Assembly: GCA_038740425.1 (NCBI GenBank)
Contig: JAVYLV010000001.1
Coordinates: forward strand, 1-61,218
DNA: 61,218 nt
Source of the DNA: Thermoplasmatota archaeon
GTDB lineage: Archaea > Thermoplasmatota > E2 > DHVEG-1
Direction of reading: 5' to 3'
Shown here: positions 9,485 through 19,463 of the stretch, piece by piece
How the letters are laid out: every line of letters starts with the position of its first letter
How positions within the stretch are numbered: position 1 is the first letter of the stretch
The notes under the pieces: generated by a model
Database searches by the model: none
Told to the model about the DNA's origin: nothing
The model's input: the letters and a program-made list of their open reading frames with translations, nothing else
Program-made: the position numbers and the translations under genes

Positions 9485-9828
9485 AATACAGCACACCTCT
9501 TTGATTCATAAAGAAAAATACCCATAGTTCAAAAAAACGTAGTTGGAAAACAATGATATTCACCACGTAATACTATTTTTATGTGATCATCGTGTTTTTT
9601 TTTTTCAAATACTCACATTTAACCAATTTCAATTAGACTTTTATTTATTAAATGATCGAACACAGTAAAAAATCACCGACATTACAGATAAATAGATGCA
9701 ATGCAAAATATTTTTTAGTCATTTACAAAAACAACCAGCAGATTCCAGGATAAAAAACCTTTTAACAACGCATGTTATCATCCTCAGTTAGTATTCTTAG
9801 CCTTCTCTTGTTTATCGGGGCTGATACT

Positions 9829-11604
9829 ATGAGAATAGCGGTTCTAATAAAAGATAGATGTAAACCAAAAAACTGTGCATATGAATGCATTAAATACTGC
9901 CCTAGAGTACGTGCTGGTGATGAAACAATAACCAAATCACAGGATGGGAGCGTAGTGATATCAGAGGAGTTATGCGTAGGATGTGGTATATGTGTACATA
10001 AATGCCCATTTGAAGCCATAAAAATCATTGGTTTAGCTGAAGCACTCAGCTCTGATATAGTGCATCAGTTTGGTGTCAATGGTTTCAGATTATTCCGTCT
10101 ACCGTTACCTAAAAAAGGCGTATGCATAGGTATACTTGGACCCAACGGTATAGGAAAGACTACAGCAATAAGGATACTATCAGGTCAACTTAAACCTAAC
10201 TTAGGATGCATAGACAAAGAACCATCATGGGATGATATCCTATCTTATTACTCCGGTACTGAGCTACATGAACATTTCAAATCACTATCTGAAGATAAAA
10301 TAAAAAGTGTTGTTAAACCACAATATGTTGATAGACTACCACGGATCACAAAAGGCAGAATCAAGGATGTACTCAAAAGAGCAGATACCTCAGATAAATT
10401 CGATATCATCATCGAACAATTAGGACTAAAAAATACATTAGATAAGAATATAGAAAGTGGTACTATATCAGGGGGAGAACTACAACTTGTATCAATAGCT
10501 GCTGCTTTACTCAAAGACGCTGATCTATACTTTTTTGATGAACCCTCCTCGTATCTAGATATATACCAGCGTTTAAAAGTATCACGGATAATACAAGAGC
10601 TAGCTAAACAGAGGAAAGTAATAGTCGTGGAGCATGATCTAGCAGTCCTTGATTTTCTATGTGAACAGGTTCATCTAGTATACGGAGAGGAAGGAGCCTA
10701 TGGTGTTATAACACATCCTCGTGGTGTAAGACAAGGTATAAACACTTATCTATCAGGGTATCTAAAGGAGGAGAATATCAAATTCGGGGAGCGTATCGAA
10801 TTCTTCGCTCATCCACCTAAAAGAAGACAGGATCTTAACATACTGATATCATTTGGTAGATTATCAAAAAGATACCCTGAGGGGTTTAGTATCGATGTAG
10901 AGAGCGGTGTCATACGCCAAGGAGAGATCATAGGAGTTGTAGGACCAAACGCTACTGGTAAAACCACTTTTGTTAATATGTTAGCAGGTGTTATCAAACC
11001 AGATGTAGGTGAACTGGATTACAAGTTAAAAATTAGTTACAAACCACAATATATATCACCTGATTACCATGGGACTGTGAGATCATATCTCGAAGAGAAA
11101 GGTCAACTTTTATTCACCGAGCCATTCTACATATCTGAGATATACGAACCACTTCATCTAAAATATCTATTAGATAAAGAGATAGATACATTATCAGGTG
11201 GAGAGCTACAACGTGTAGCAATAGCTACAGTCCTCGTACAAGACGCTGATATCTACCTGATTGATGAACCCTCAGCGTATCTCGATAGTGAACAACGAAT
11301 GATAACCTCCCGGACTATAAGACGTGTAGTAGAAAAGACTGGTAAATCAGCTCTGGTAGTTGATCATGATGTATACTTCATCGACATGGTTAGCGATGCT
11401 TTAATGGTTTTCACTGGTGAACCTGGCAAACATGGTACTGCTGAAGGACCTTTCAGTCTGCATGAAGGTATGAATCGTTTCCTTAGAACTGTTGATATAA
11501 CATTCCGCCGTGATGAAGAGACAAAAAGACCAAGGGTTAACAAAACTGATTCATATCTCGATAGACAACAGAGGATGCACGGTGAGTACTACTATGATAT
11601 ATAA
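9829..11604 (+). CDS. ABCE1: ABCE1 / RNase L inhibitor-type ribosome recycling ATPase
   Basis: Two N-terminal 4Fe-4S clusters (CKPKNCAYECIKYCP; CVGCGICVHKCP) precede two ABC domains (GPNGIGKTT, GPNATGKTT; LSGGELQ twice). The start is placed at MRIAVLIKDRC; the 9772 extension in the ORF track looks spurious. Confidence 0.95.
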   Translation: MRIAVLIKDRCKPKNCAYECIKYCPRVRAGDETITKSQDGSVVISEELCVGCGICVHKCPFEAIKIIGLAEALSSDIVHQFGVNGFRLFRLPLPKKGVCIGILGPNGIGKTTAIRILSGQLKPNLGCIDKEPSWDDILSYYSGTELHEHFKSLSEDKIKSVVKPQYVDRLPRITKGRIKDVLKRADTSDKFDIIIEQLGLKNTLDKNIESGTISGGELQLVSIAAALLKDADLYFFDEPSSYLDIYQRLKVSRIIQELAKQRKVIVVEHDLAVLDFLCEQVHLVYGEEGAYGVITHPRGVRQGINTYLSGYLKEENIKFGERIEFFAHPPKRRQDLNILISFGRLSKRYPEGFSIDVESGVIRQGEIIGVVGPNATGKTTFVNMLAGVIKPDVGELDYKLKISYKPQYISPDYHGTVRSYLEEKGQLLFTEPFYISEIYEPLHLKYLLDKEIDTLSGGELQRVAIATVLVQDADIYLIDEPSAYLDSEQRMITSRTIRRVVEKTGKSALVVDHDVYFIDMVSDALMVFTGEPGKHGTAEGPFSLHEGMNRFLRTVDITFRRDEETKRPRVNKTDSYLDRQQRMHGEYYYDI

Positions 11605-11631
11605 AAATACATAAACCCCTTTTCTCTTTCA

Positions 11632-12363
11632 TTGACAGGAAAAATGTTAGAAGAGATACTATCAAACAAGATTGTTATCCTATTGCTGTTCGCTTTTCTC
11701 CCACCTTTAATATACACAGTATGGATACGAAACACTGAGCGTTACAAAAGACAATCATGGAGTAGTATACTCTTATGTTTCCTATGGGGTGCTACTATAG
11801 CCATTGTATTTTCTGTAATACTAGAAGGATTATTCAATATCTCGCTCTCTATATCAGTTACAAATCCTGACAAATTAGCTTTTCTAACTGTTGTGATATT
11901 AGCACCTCTAGTTGAAGAGTTCGCTAAACCATTAGCACTACGTTTAAAACATGTTAAAAAAAATCTTGAAGAACTTGAAGATGGTTTAATATACGGTGCT
12001 GTAGCAGGTCTAGGTTTCTCCGCTACTGAGAACCTCCTCTATGGTGTAACCTTCTTATCTAAAGGATTATTTATCTTCATGGTTTTAATGGGTATACGAA
12101 GTATAGGAGGATGTTTACTCCATGCTTCAGCTACTGCTCTAACAGGCTATGGTTATGGTAAAACCATCCTTAAAAGAACCTCTTTTATAAGAGTTCTACC
12201 TTATTTCATCTTAGCGGTATTACTACATGCATCTTATAACTTCCTGGTATCCTATGAGCTTCTAGGTTTGTTAATAGGTCTGGTATTGGCTATAATGCTA
12301 GTTGTTTTTACTATGTCTATGATAAGAAAAGTTATAAGACAATTGGATGCAACGAGTCGTTAA
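11632..12363 (+). CDS. PrsW-family intramembrane metalloprotease
   Basis: A multi-TM protein with the EEFAKP motif and HASATALTGYG / HASYN histidine motifs characteristic of PrsW. Confidence 0.7.
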   Translation: MTGKMLEEILSNKIVILLLFAFLPPLIYTVWIRNTERYKRQSWSSILLCFLWGATIAIVFSVILEGLFNISLSISVTNPDKLAFLTVVILAPLVEEFAKPLALRLKHVKKNLEELEDGLIYGAVAGLGFSATENLLYGVTFLSKGLFIFMVLMGIRSIGGCLLHASATALTGYGYGKTILKRTSFIRVLPYFILAVLLHASYNFLVSYELLGLLIGLVLAIMLVVFTMSMIRKVIRQLDATSR

Positions 12364-12372
12364 TAAAAGGAT

Positions 12373-13047
12373 CTACTTTAATCTTGTTGCTGGGGATAAA
12401 TCTAAAGCTAGCACCCTTCTAGCATACCCCATGAAGAAGACTGTGTTATAACCAGATGAGTCTGGTATGTAGATATAAACACCTATGAAACCTTGCATTA
12501 AACCTATCTGTTTACCATCTACAACCCTTATATGAAATGGGTTTGGATCAACGATCATGGTTTTATCCCTGAGAAGTAGTTTTAAACCTGGGTAGTACCA
12601 GAATATTATAGATGGTCGAAGAAGGTTAACTTGGAATCCTCTTATAGGGTTCTTTAATTTTGTTCTTCCGTAGCTAATGATGAATACCCGTTTCTCTCTG
12701 AGATTAGCAGAGCTGGCCTCATCTAACAGATCAAGGATGTATCTCATAACACCGGTTTCATCGTCTGACTTATCTGAGAAATCAACTAAGGATCGTAAGA
12801 AACCACGGTAAGTCGTTTCTGATTCAAGGTTTGATATTAGATCTGGTAGACTGTTAGATACGGTTATTACTTCATCTGTGCTTAGCGCTATAGAGTTGAC
12901 TTCTTTGTCGTCAAGGATGTATAATTCACCGGTACAACTAATATCATTATTGGTGCCTTCTGCCTCTACTGACAAGCACTGTTTACCATTAAGTATAAGA
13001 CAAAGTACGACTATGGTTATAAGAAGGGGTTTTTTATAGGTCTGCAT
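12373..13047 (-). CDS. Secreted hypothetical protein
   Basis: Has an N-terminal signal-like segment (PLLITIVVLCLILNG) and no recognisable domain. Confidence 0.4.
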   Translation of the reverse strand: MQTYKKPLLITIVVLCLILNGKQCLSVEAEGTNNDISCTGELYILDDKEVNSIALSTDEVITVSNSLPDLISNLESETTYRGFLRSLVDFSDKSDDETGVMRYILDLLDEASSANLREKRVFIISYGRTKLKNPIRGFQVNLLRPSIIFWYYPGLKLLLRDKTMIVDPNPFHIRVVDGKQIGLMQGFIGVYIYIPDSSGYNTVFFMGYARRVLALDLSPATRLK

Positions 13048-13228
13048 TGTTTACTCCCTTGGTTTATATATTATATAGATTATAGTATATAAATCTTGAT
13101 GTACAAATATTATCAATCCTAATCATATAATGAGTTTTTTAATATAAGAGAATAGACAGAAAGCAGGGAAATATTTAAAATATAAATGTATATTATTAAA
13201 AATATAATTTATAGGTGTAATTAAAAAA

Positions 13229-14254
13229 ATGGGTAAACACGAGTTAGTATTTATTATAATTCTAATAATTATGTTCCTGATGCCATCAACCCAGGGATAT
13301 ATAAATAAGGGTTTTATGCCAACAGGAAGATTCTATATTAAAGGGATAGACGCGCCTGATACTGTAAAGACTGGTGAGAATTTCACAGTTGTTGTATCTG
13401 TAAAGAACGACAAATTATTACCTACGAGAGGAGTAGTGAAGATTAATCTATTATCAGGTTTACTGGAGACGATGCAGAAGGATATCGGTGTAACAGAAGA
13501 GAGGATATTCGAAGGTAAAACAACTACTTATCTTACTATTAACTGTGTGATAAGAGAAGGAGATACTAACTGGTATAAAGAGGTTTATAATATAGAAGCA
13601 GTACTCGTTCAGAGATTACCAATTATAGGGTGGGTTATACGTGATACCTCTACTATCAAGGGATTACATATAGTATCTCCGCTATGTGAAAAAGATAAGA
13701 TACAACTTATATGTTTAGAGAGCCCTGAGTTGTTAGATGAAGGGAAAGATAGTTTTGAAACCTTAGTTCATGTGAAAAATAGTGGTTTGATATCCTTCCC
13801 TGTATGGGTACGTGTTGACATAGTGGAAAAAGCATCTGTGTTACCCGAGCTAGAACAGTACAACATCCTACAGGGTTTTGCATCAGAGCGAAAAGAGATA
13901 GGTAGAAGCGACGAGAGGATTATACCTGCTGGTTCTACTGAATCATTTAGGATACAATGTTACCTCAGAGAAGCTGATCTGATGAAGAAGCAGTTCATGA
14001 TACAAGCGGTTCTATATGTCAATGTTAATGGATCTCAATATCAGGTTGATACTTCTACTTTTCAATCTATAATACGAGAGGAATCATTCATCAAAAAATA
14101 CTCGATAGAGATAGTTATAGGCGTCTTTCTGTTTCTAATTGGTTTATTAATTATAGTGCTTATAATACGTATCATATATCCTGCATATGTCGTAAAAAGG
14201 ATAAAAGTGCAGGAGGAACGAAGACGGGTTGAAAAGCAGAAAAGGAGGTTATAG
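13229..14254 (+). CDS. Membrane-anchored surface protein with two CARDB/DUF11-like beta-sandwich repeats
   Basis: Has a signal peptide and two segments of the type APDTVKTGENFTVVVSVKN / LLDEGKDSFETLVHVKNSG. A C-terminal TM (IVIGVFLFLIGLLIIVLII) and a basic tail follow. Confidence 0.45.
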   Translation: MGKHELVFIIILIIMFLMPSTQGYINKGFMPTGRFYIKGIDAPDTVKTGENFTVVVSVKNDKLLPTRGVVKINLLSGLLETMQKDIGVTEERIFEGKTTTYLTINCVIREGDTNWYKEVYNIEAVLVQRLPIIGWVIRDTSTIKGLHIVSPLCEKDKIQLICLESPELLDEGKDSFETLVHVKNSGLISFPVWVRVDIVEKASVLPELEQYNILQGFASERKEIGRSDERIIPAGSTESFRIQCYLREADLMKKQFMIQAVLYVNVNGSQYQVDTSTFQSIIREESFIKKYSIEIVIGVFLFLIGLLIIVLIIRIIYPAYVVKRIKVQEERRRVEKQKRRL

Positions 14255-15958
14255 AAGAGGAGAGCCTATAAAGGATGAGGGGACACCCCATCCGTTTAAA
14301 CTTGTTATCGTTGGTGATATATCAACTACTGATACAGGGTCATCGCATGTTACACCAACTGGTACATCTGGCTCAGACGGAGAAACAATTATAAGAGGGA
14401 TAAGTTGCTCAGGATATGTACCATGAGCACCTGTAGCTGTTCTTATATCAATGAAACTGGGTAGTTTCATTTTAATCATGAGGGGCATTAACGCTGAGTT
14501 CAACTGATCATTATACATGGGTATCATGTAACCTGGTTTGCAGAAGATTATAACACTAGGCCATATCATATCAAGATGGTTATCACCACCTAGTTTGAAG
14601 GGTTTACCTGTGTAATCATTTATAGTATCACTCTGCTCTGATCTAATGAGAACCTTCCATATGGGTTTAATAGTTTCACCATTCTCTGTTATTGTATAAT
14701 TAGTGAGTATATCCTTGATGCGTTGCTGGGTCTCAACTGAGGCGTTATATACATAACCATTAGGTCCTTCAGATACCATCCAATCATAATCTCCTCTGGG
14801 ATTATATCTATTAAAAAATCCACCTGTGCCCGCTCTCATATGGATACCATGATCTGCTAGGATCTGCCTGATATCTATATCTAATCGCTCAGCGGCAGGT
14901 AGAGGAGTAAACTGGTAATAGTAACTAGGGTTAGTTACATGATGAATTTTTGATAGAAACCAGTGTAATATTGAATGGCGTGATACCTTGGATATCACAC
15001 TCTTCATTGTACTCATACCATGATCAGATGTTATAATGATTCTACTTGTATTCCATCGATTGTTATCCTTGAGATATGTCACAAATCTTTTAATCTCTTG
15101 GTCAGTGATGTATAGTTGATCCTTTGTAGCATTAGGGTTTCTAAACATACTAGGATTCAAATTCTCGGTCATATCTCCTATTTCAGTGGATTTGAATGAG
15201 CCATAGGCATGACCAGCTAAGTCCATATTCATAAGAACGATGTAGAGAAAATCAGGATCATCATAAGTGATACATTTAATAGCCTGCGTCATAACCCAAT
15301 GATCACTAGGTAGTTTATCAGAGTCGAAATCCACAGGTGACAGGTTAACAGTACCTGGTGGTGCTTCTCCCATGTCACCTCCAACTCTTGGTATATACAC
15401 CCTGGGGAATATCTCATTATCCTCAAGATGCGCTAAACCACCTAGAACATACCCCTCTGAGAGGGTTACATAATTAGGGTTAGGGTTATACTCATCGCTA
15501 TTACCAGGAGTATTACCTGGGTATATGATTATATCACAATCTTCATCTGGTATAATCCTACCAAGCCATGTTTTACCAGTTATAAAAGCAGTTTTCAGTG
15601 TAGCATCCCTCTCTTTGATTATATTGAAGATAGTAGGGGTTCTGAGATGTTTATGTGTGAAGATCTTAGCTGTAGCATTACCATATCTACTAGAGAACCA
15701 AGGGCGAGTAAAATCTAAACCACTATAGTAACCACCTATACCTAGTATACCATGTGATTCAGCGTACGCTGATGTCAAGATGGCAGTATGATTAGTTCCA
15801 GTGTTAGCAGGCATGATAGACGTGCAATTATTGAAATAGACTCCTTCAGATAGTAGAGAACTCATAGTAGGAGTCAATAACCCTTGATGCCCCATAGATC
15901 CTATATAATCCGCTCGCATACCATCTACAACTATGATATATGTCTTGATAACACCCAT
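14249..15958 (-). CDS. Alkaline-phosphatase superfamily, nucleotide pyrophosphatase/phosphodiesterase (NPP)-like
   Basis: Motifs present: VVDGMRADY, MPANTGTNHTAILTSAYAESHGILG (Thr nucleophile context), DLAGHAYG, ITSDHGM. Confidence 0.75.
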   Translation of the reverse strand: MGVIKTYIIVVDGMRADYIGSMGHQGLLTPTMSSLLSEGVYFNNCTSIMPANTGTNHTAILTSAYAESHGILGIGGYYSGLDFTRPWFSSRYGNATAKIFTHKHLRTPTIFNIIKERDATLKTAFITGKTWLGRIIPDEDCDIIIYPGNTPGNSDEYNPNPNYVTLSEGYVLGGLAHLEDNEIFPRVYIPRVGGDMGEAPPGTVNLSPVDFDSDKLPSDHWVMTQAIKCITYDDPDFLYIVLMNMDLAGHAYGSFKSTEIGDMTENLNPSMFRNPNATKDQLYITDQEIKRFVTYLKDNNRWNTSRIIITSDHGMSTMKSVISKVSRHSILHWFLSKIHHVTNPSYYYQFTPLPAAERLDIDIRQILADHGIHMRAGTGGFFNRYNPRGDYDWMVSEGPNGYVYNASVETQQRIKDILTNYTITENGETIKPIWKVLIRSEQSDTINDYTGKPFKLGGDNHLDMIWPSVIIFCKPGYMIPMYNDQLNSALMPLMIKMKLPSFIDIRTATGAHGTYPEQLIPLIIVSPSEPDVPVGVTCDDPVSVVDISPTITSLNGWGVPSSFIGSPLL

Positions 15959-16173
15959 TTATAAAAACCTCAGATATGATAAGGCATCATAGGTATAAAT
16001 AGGATTGTATCTATACTTCTTGTTTCTGTTTTTCATGCTCTTTATTTTTTGATAACACATCTGATACTGTAAAATAAAATGACAACACCAAAATATAAAA
16101 AAGGTTAGCAATGTTGGTTAATGTTACAGATGCAAAACATTCATAAACATGGTTCTAATCTTGATTTATTTAA

Positions 16174-16917
16174 ATGATTATTGAGAATAACAAAACTAAT
16201 AAGAATAGAGTGTACAGATCATTTCGTGATATACCTCCACGTGAGTATATGTACATCCCTAAAGGGACACTGGAGAGGGGTAAACCTGGTCGTTTCAGCA
16301 GACGGGAGATTATACACATAATCATAGCTCTATTCGTGTTAACTATCGCCTTTTCTTTTCCACTTTCAAAAAGTAGGATCCTATATGGATCTATTGATCC
16401 GATACGTATAATGAACTCGTTACCAATCGCTTTCTTAGCTTTGTTAACTGCTTTCTTCATACATGAACTATCACATAAATTCATGGCGCAGAGGTATGGT
16501 TTGTGGTCAGAGTTCCGTATGTTCCCTATAGGTCTATTATTCTCATTATTACTAGCTGTTCTCACAGGGGTTGTATTCGCGATGCCGGGTGCTGTTATAT
16601 TCAGGGGAGATACACGTTTATTCGAGACAGGTAGGATAGCGGCTGCTGGTTCGACATCTAATATAGTAATAGCTGCTGTCTCACTTATATTGTATTTCTA
16701 CGTTTTCTTTGATGATATAACTATCGGTACACTTATAGGGTTCGTATGCCTAGTCAATGGTTTGTTAGCAATGTTTAACCTTATGCCTTTTGGTTCACTT
16801 GATGGTAGGAAAGTTATAGCATGGAACGGCATTGTATGGGGTATCTTACTCAGCTTAGCTATCATTATAGTCTCTATAATTCTACCACATCTACCATATT
16901 TCTTCATAAAATACTAA
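16174..16917 (+). CDS. Site-2 protease family (M50) zinc metalloprotease
   Basis: Has HELSHKFMAQRYG (HExxH) and the NLMPFGSLDGRKV (LDG) motif in a polytopic membrane protein. Confidence 0.8.
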   Translation: MIIENNKTNKNRVYRSFRDIPPREYMYIPKGTLERGKPGRFSRREIIHIIIALFVLTIAFSFPLSKSRILYGSIDPIRIMNSLPIAFLALLTAFFIHELSHKFMAQRYGLWSEFRMFPIGLLFSLLLAVLTGVVFAMPGAVIFRGDTRLFETGRIAAAGSTSNIVIAAVSLILYFYVFFDDITIGTLIGFVCLVNGLLAMFNLMPFGSLDGRKVIAWNGIVWGILLSLAIIIVSIILPHLPYFFIKY

Positions 16918-17009
16918 AAGAGAACTGATAGGATAAACATCATGCTAATCAGTATTGGCCCATCTATGCAAAATGTATATATCAAACTATTAGATATTTT
17001 CTTTTTAAA

Positions 17010-17789
17010 ATGATTAAAACATTAGGGGTTTACACTAAGGATTTTGCTTTATACCATGATCTAATAAAAGTATTAAAAAGAAGAGATATACCCTATGTGT
17101 CATTAGTATCACCAAGGGATATACCAAGTAGAATTGGTGTAGTATTAACATCTCATAGAGAGTTACATGATATAAGATATCAGAAGACTATAGCTGCTGA
17201 TGTATACGATTCAGTGGATCATGCTATTGACTTAGCTTTGCAGATGCTTAAAGGTAAAGAGATGTACACTGAGGTATTCATAGGTATAGACCCTGGTGAA
17301 AGACCAGGTGTAGCATTGATAGGTGATGGTATAATACTACATAAAACACAGGTTGATAGCCCTGATAAAGTACTTCCACTATTGAGAAGATACATAAAGG
17401 ATTGCCCATCTCATCAAACTATTATCCGTATAGGACACGGCTCTGTACTTATACGTAATAGGATCATCAATTCTTTAATATCTCTTCGTATACCAATAGA
17501 GATAGTAGATGAATCAAAGACTACAACCTCTCAGCAGGTGAAAAGACCTGAACGAGATAGTGAAGCAGCCGCTGCTATAGCCCTACTACAAGGGGGTAAA
17601 ATACAGAGTAAATTACCATTAAAACCAACAAAAGGAGCTATAAAGGATCTTCAACGTTACAGCCGGCAGTTAACAGATGGTAGATACACAATATCAGAGA
17701 AAACAGCTTTAGATGTGCTTCATGGTAGATTAACGCTGAGAGAGGCTATAGAGAAAAAAACTACATCTAAAAAACACAAAGGTTTATGA
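17010..17789 (+). CDS. Conserved archaeal protein with RuvC/YqgF-like RNase H-fold signature
   Basis: Shows an acidic-residue pattern like RuvC-type nucleases: FIGIDPGERPGVALI, IVDESKTT, ERDSEAAAAIALL. Confidence 0.4.
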   Translation: MIKTLGVYTKDFALYHDLIKVLKRRDIPYVSLVSPRDIPSRIGVVLTSHRELHDIRYQKTIAADVYDSVDHAIDLALQMLKGKEMYTEVFIGIDPGERPGVALIGDGIILHKTQVDSPDKVLPLLRRYIKDCPSHQTIIRIGHGSVLIRNRIINSLISLRIPIEIVDESKTTTSQQVKRPERDSEAAAAIALLQGGKIQSKLPLKPTKGAIKDLQRYSRQLTDGRYTISEKTALDVLHGRLTLREAIEKKTTSKKHKGL

Positions 17790-17823
17790 ATTGTCTATAT
17801 ATGTGGATTGGGTAAAAGTCAAA

Positions 17824-19374
17824 ATGACCTATAAGACTGCTTTGATAAGTGTATCTGATAAGACCGACATAGTTGATCTCGCAGAAGCATTAGTTAACAT
17901 GGATTTTAGGATAATCTCTACTGGTGGTACAGCATCCTTTCTTAAAAAAGCAGGTCTAGAGGTTATAGAAGTATCTAATCTAACTGGTTTTCCTGAGATA
18001 TTAGATGGACGTGTGAAAACACTTCATCCTATTGTGCATGCTGGTATACTAGCTGATCGTTCTAATAAAGAGCATATTAAAACATTAAAGAACCATGGTA
18101 TACAAACTATAGAGCTAGTTGTATGTAACCTTTACCCTTTTGAGACAATCATAAAGAAGAAAAACGCGAGTATAAAGGAGATTATAGAGAATATTGATAT
18201 AGGTGGACCAACATTGATTAGATCAGCAGCTAAGAATCATGAAGGGGTAATAGTCGTCACCAACCCTAGTCAATACCCTGAGATCATAAATCTATTGAAA
18301 ACAAAAAAGGATGTACCGTTAGATACCAGAAGGAGATTGGCTTTGGAGGCTTATGCTCATACAGCGCAATATGACACTATAATATTCAACTATCTTAAAT
18401 CCATATGGATGCCTAATACCCTAGTAGACAACTATACATTCACCATGCGTAAAATACAGGATATGAGATACGGTGAGAACCCTCATCAAAGAGGAGCATT
18501 CTACAGGGCTTTACCACTTGTAACTGAGCCTTGCATAGCTAATACTAGGCAGATACATGGTAAAGAGTTATCATTTAATAATATATTAGACTCTGATTGT
18601 GCTATAGAGTGCGTAAAAGAATTTAAAGAACCTAGCTGCGTTATAATAAAACATGCTACTCCTTGTGGTATCGCTACTGCGTCAAACCTATTAGATGCAT
18701 GGAAGGATGCTTATGCCACTGATGTTTATTCACCATTTGGTGGTATAGTCTGCTTCAACAGGGTAGTTGAAAAGGATGTAGCAGAGGAGTTATCACAGTA
18801 TTTCTTGGAGGTTATCATCGCACCTGCTTTCAAAGATAACGCCTTACATGTTCTAGAAAAAAAGAAGAATCTTAGGCTCTTGGAATGTCAAGGGTTAGAT
18901 AAAACTGAGAGTAGAGATGGTTTAGATATACGAAGTGTAGTAGGTGGCTACCTGGTCCAGGATCGTGATGTATGGTTCAAACCAAGAAATGAATGGAGAG
19001 TTGTAACTGAGAAAAAACCATCACCTGATGATCTGCACTCCATGGATTTCGCTGTTAGATGCGTGAAACATGTGAAATCCAACTCAGTCTTATTTGTGAA
19101 AGGTACTAGGACCGTTGCTATCGGTGGTGGTCAAACCTCACGTGTTGATGCTACATGGATCGCTACATTCAAAGGTAAGGATAATATAAAAGGTTCAATA
19201 ATGGCTAGTGATGCGTTCTTCCCGTTCCGTGATGCTGTTGATGTCGCAGCTAAAGCCGGTGTCGCAGCTATCGTACAACCAGGTGGATCTGTGAGAGATG
19301 CTGAAGTTATACAAGCGGCTAATGAGCATGGTATAATAATGGTTTTTACAGGTCAGCGTTACTTTAAACACTAG
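17824..19374 (+). CDS. purH: Bifunctional AICAR transformylase / IMP cyclohydrolase
   Basis: Has an MGS-like N-domain (ALISVSDKT...STGGTA...GRVKTLHP) and an AICARFT domain (LRYGENPHQ...SFNN...KHATPCG). Start chosen at MTYKTALISV. Confidence 0.95.
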   Translation: MTYKTALISVSDKTDIVDLAEALVNMDFRIISTGGTASFLKKAGLEVIEVSNLTGFPEILDGRVKTLHPIVHAGILADRSNKEHIKTLKNHGIQTIELVVCNLYPFETIIKKKNASIKEIIENIDIGGPTLIRSAAKNHEGVIVVTNPSQYPEIINLLKTKKDVPLDTRRRLALEAYAHTAQYDTIIFNYLKSIWMPNTLVDNYTFTMRKIQDMRYGENPHQRGAFYRALPLVTEPCIANTRQIHGKELSFNNILDSDCAIECVKEFKEPSCVIIKHATPCGIATASNLLDAWKDAYATDVYSPFGGIVCFNRVVEKDVAEELSQYFLEVIIAPAFKDNALHVLEKKKNLRLLECQGLDKTESRDGLDIRSVVGGYLVQDRDVWFKPRNEWRVVTEKKPSPDDLHSMDFAVRCVKHVKSNSVLFVKGTRTVAIGGGQTSRVDATWIATFKGKDNIKGSIMASDAFFPFRDAVDVAAKAGVAAIVQPGGSVRDAEVIQAANEHGIIMVFTGQRYFKH

Positions 19375-19463
19375 TAAATTAGAATCTTCTGGTTAACAAA
19401 AAAACTAGAATAACAGGTTCTAGATTTATTTTATATATCGAGATTTTATTATCCAGATGATTT

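Noticed and set aside
9772-9828. N-terminal 19-aa extension of ABCE1 in the ORF track
   Set aside because: ABCE1 proteins begin at the MRIAV...CKPKxC FeS domain. The extension is hydrophobic junk read from the promoter region.
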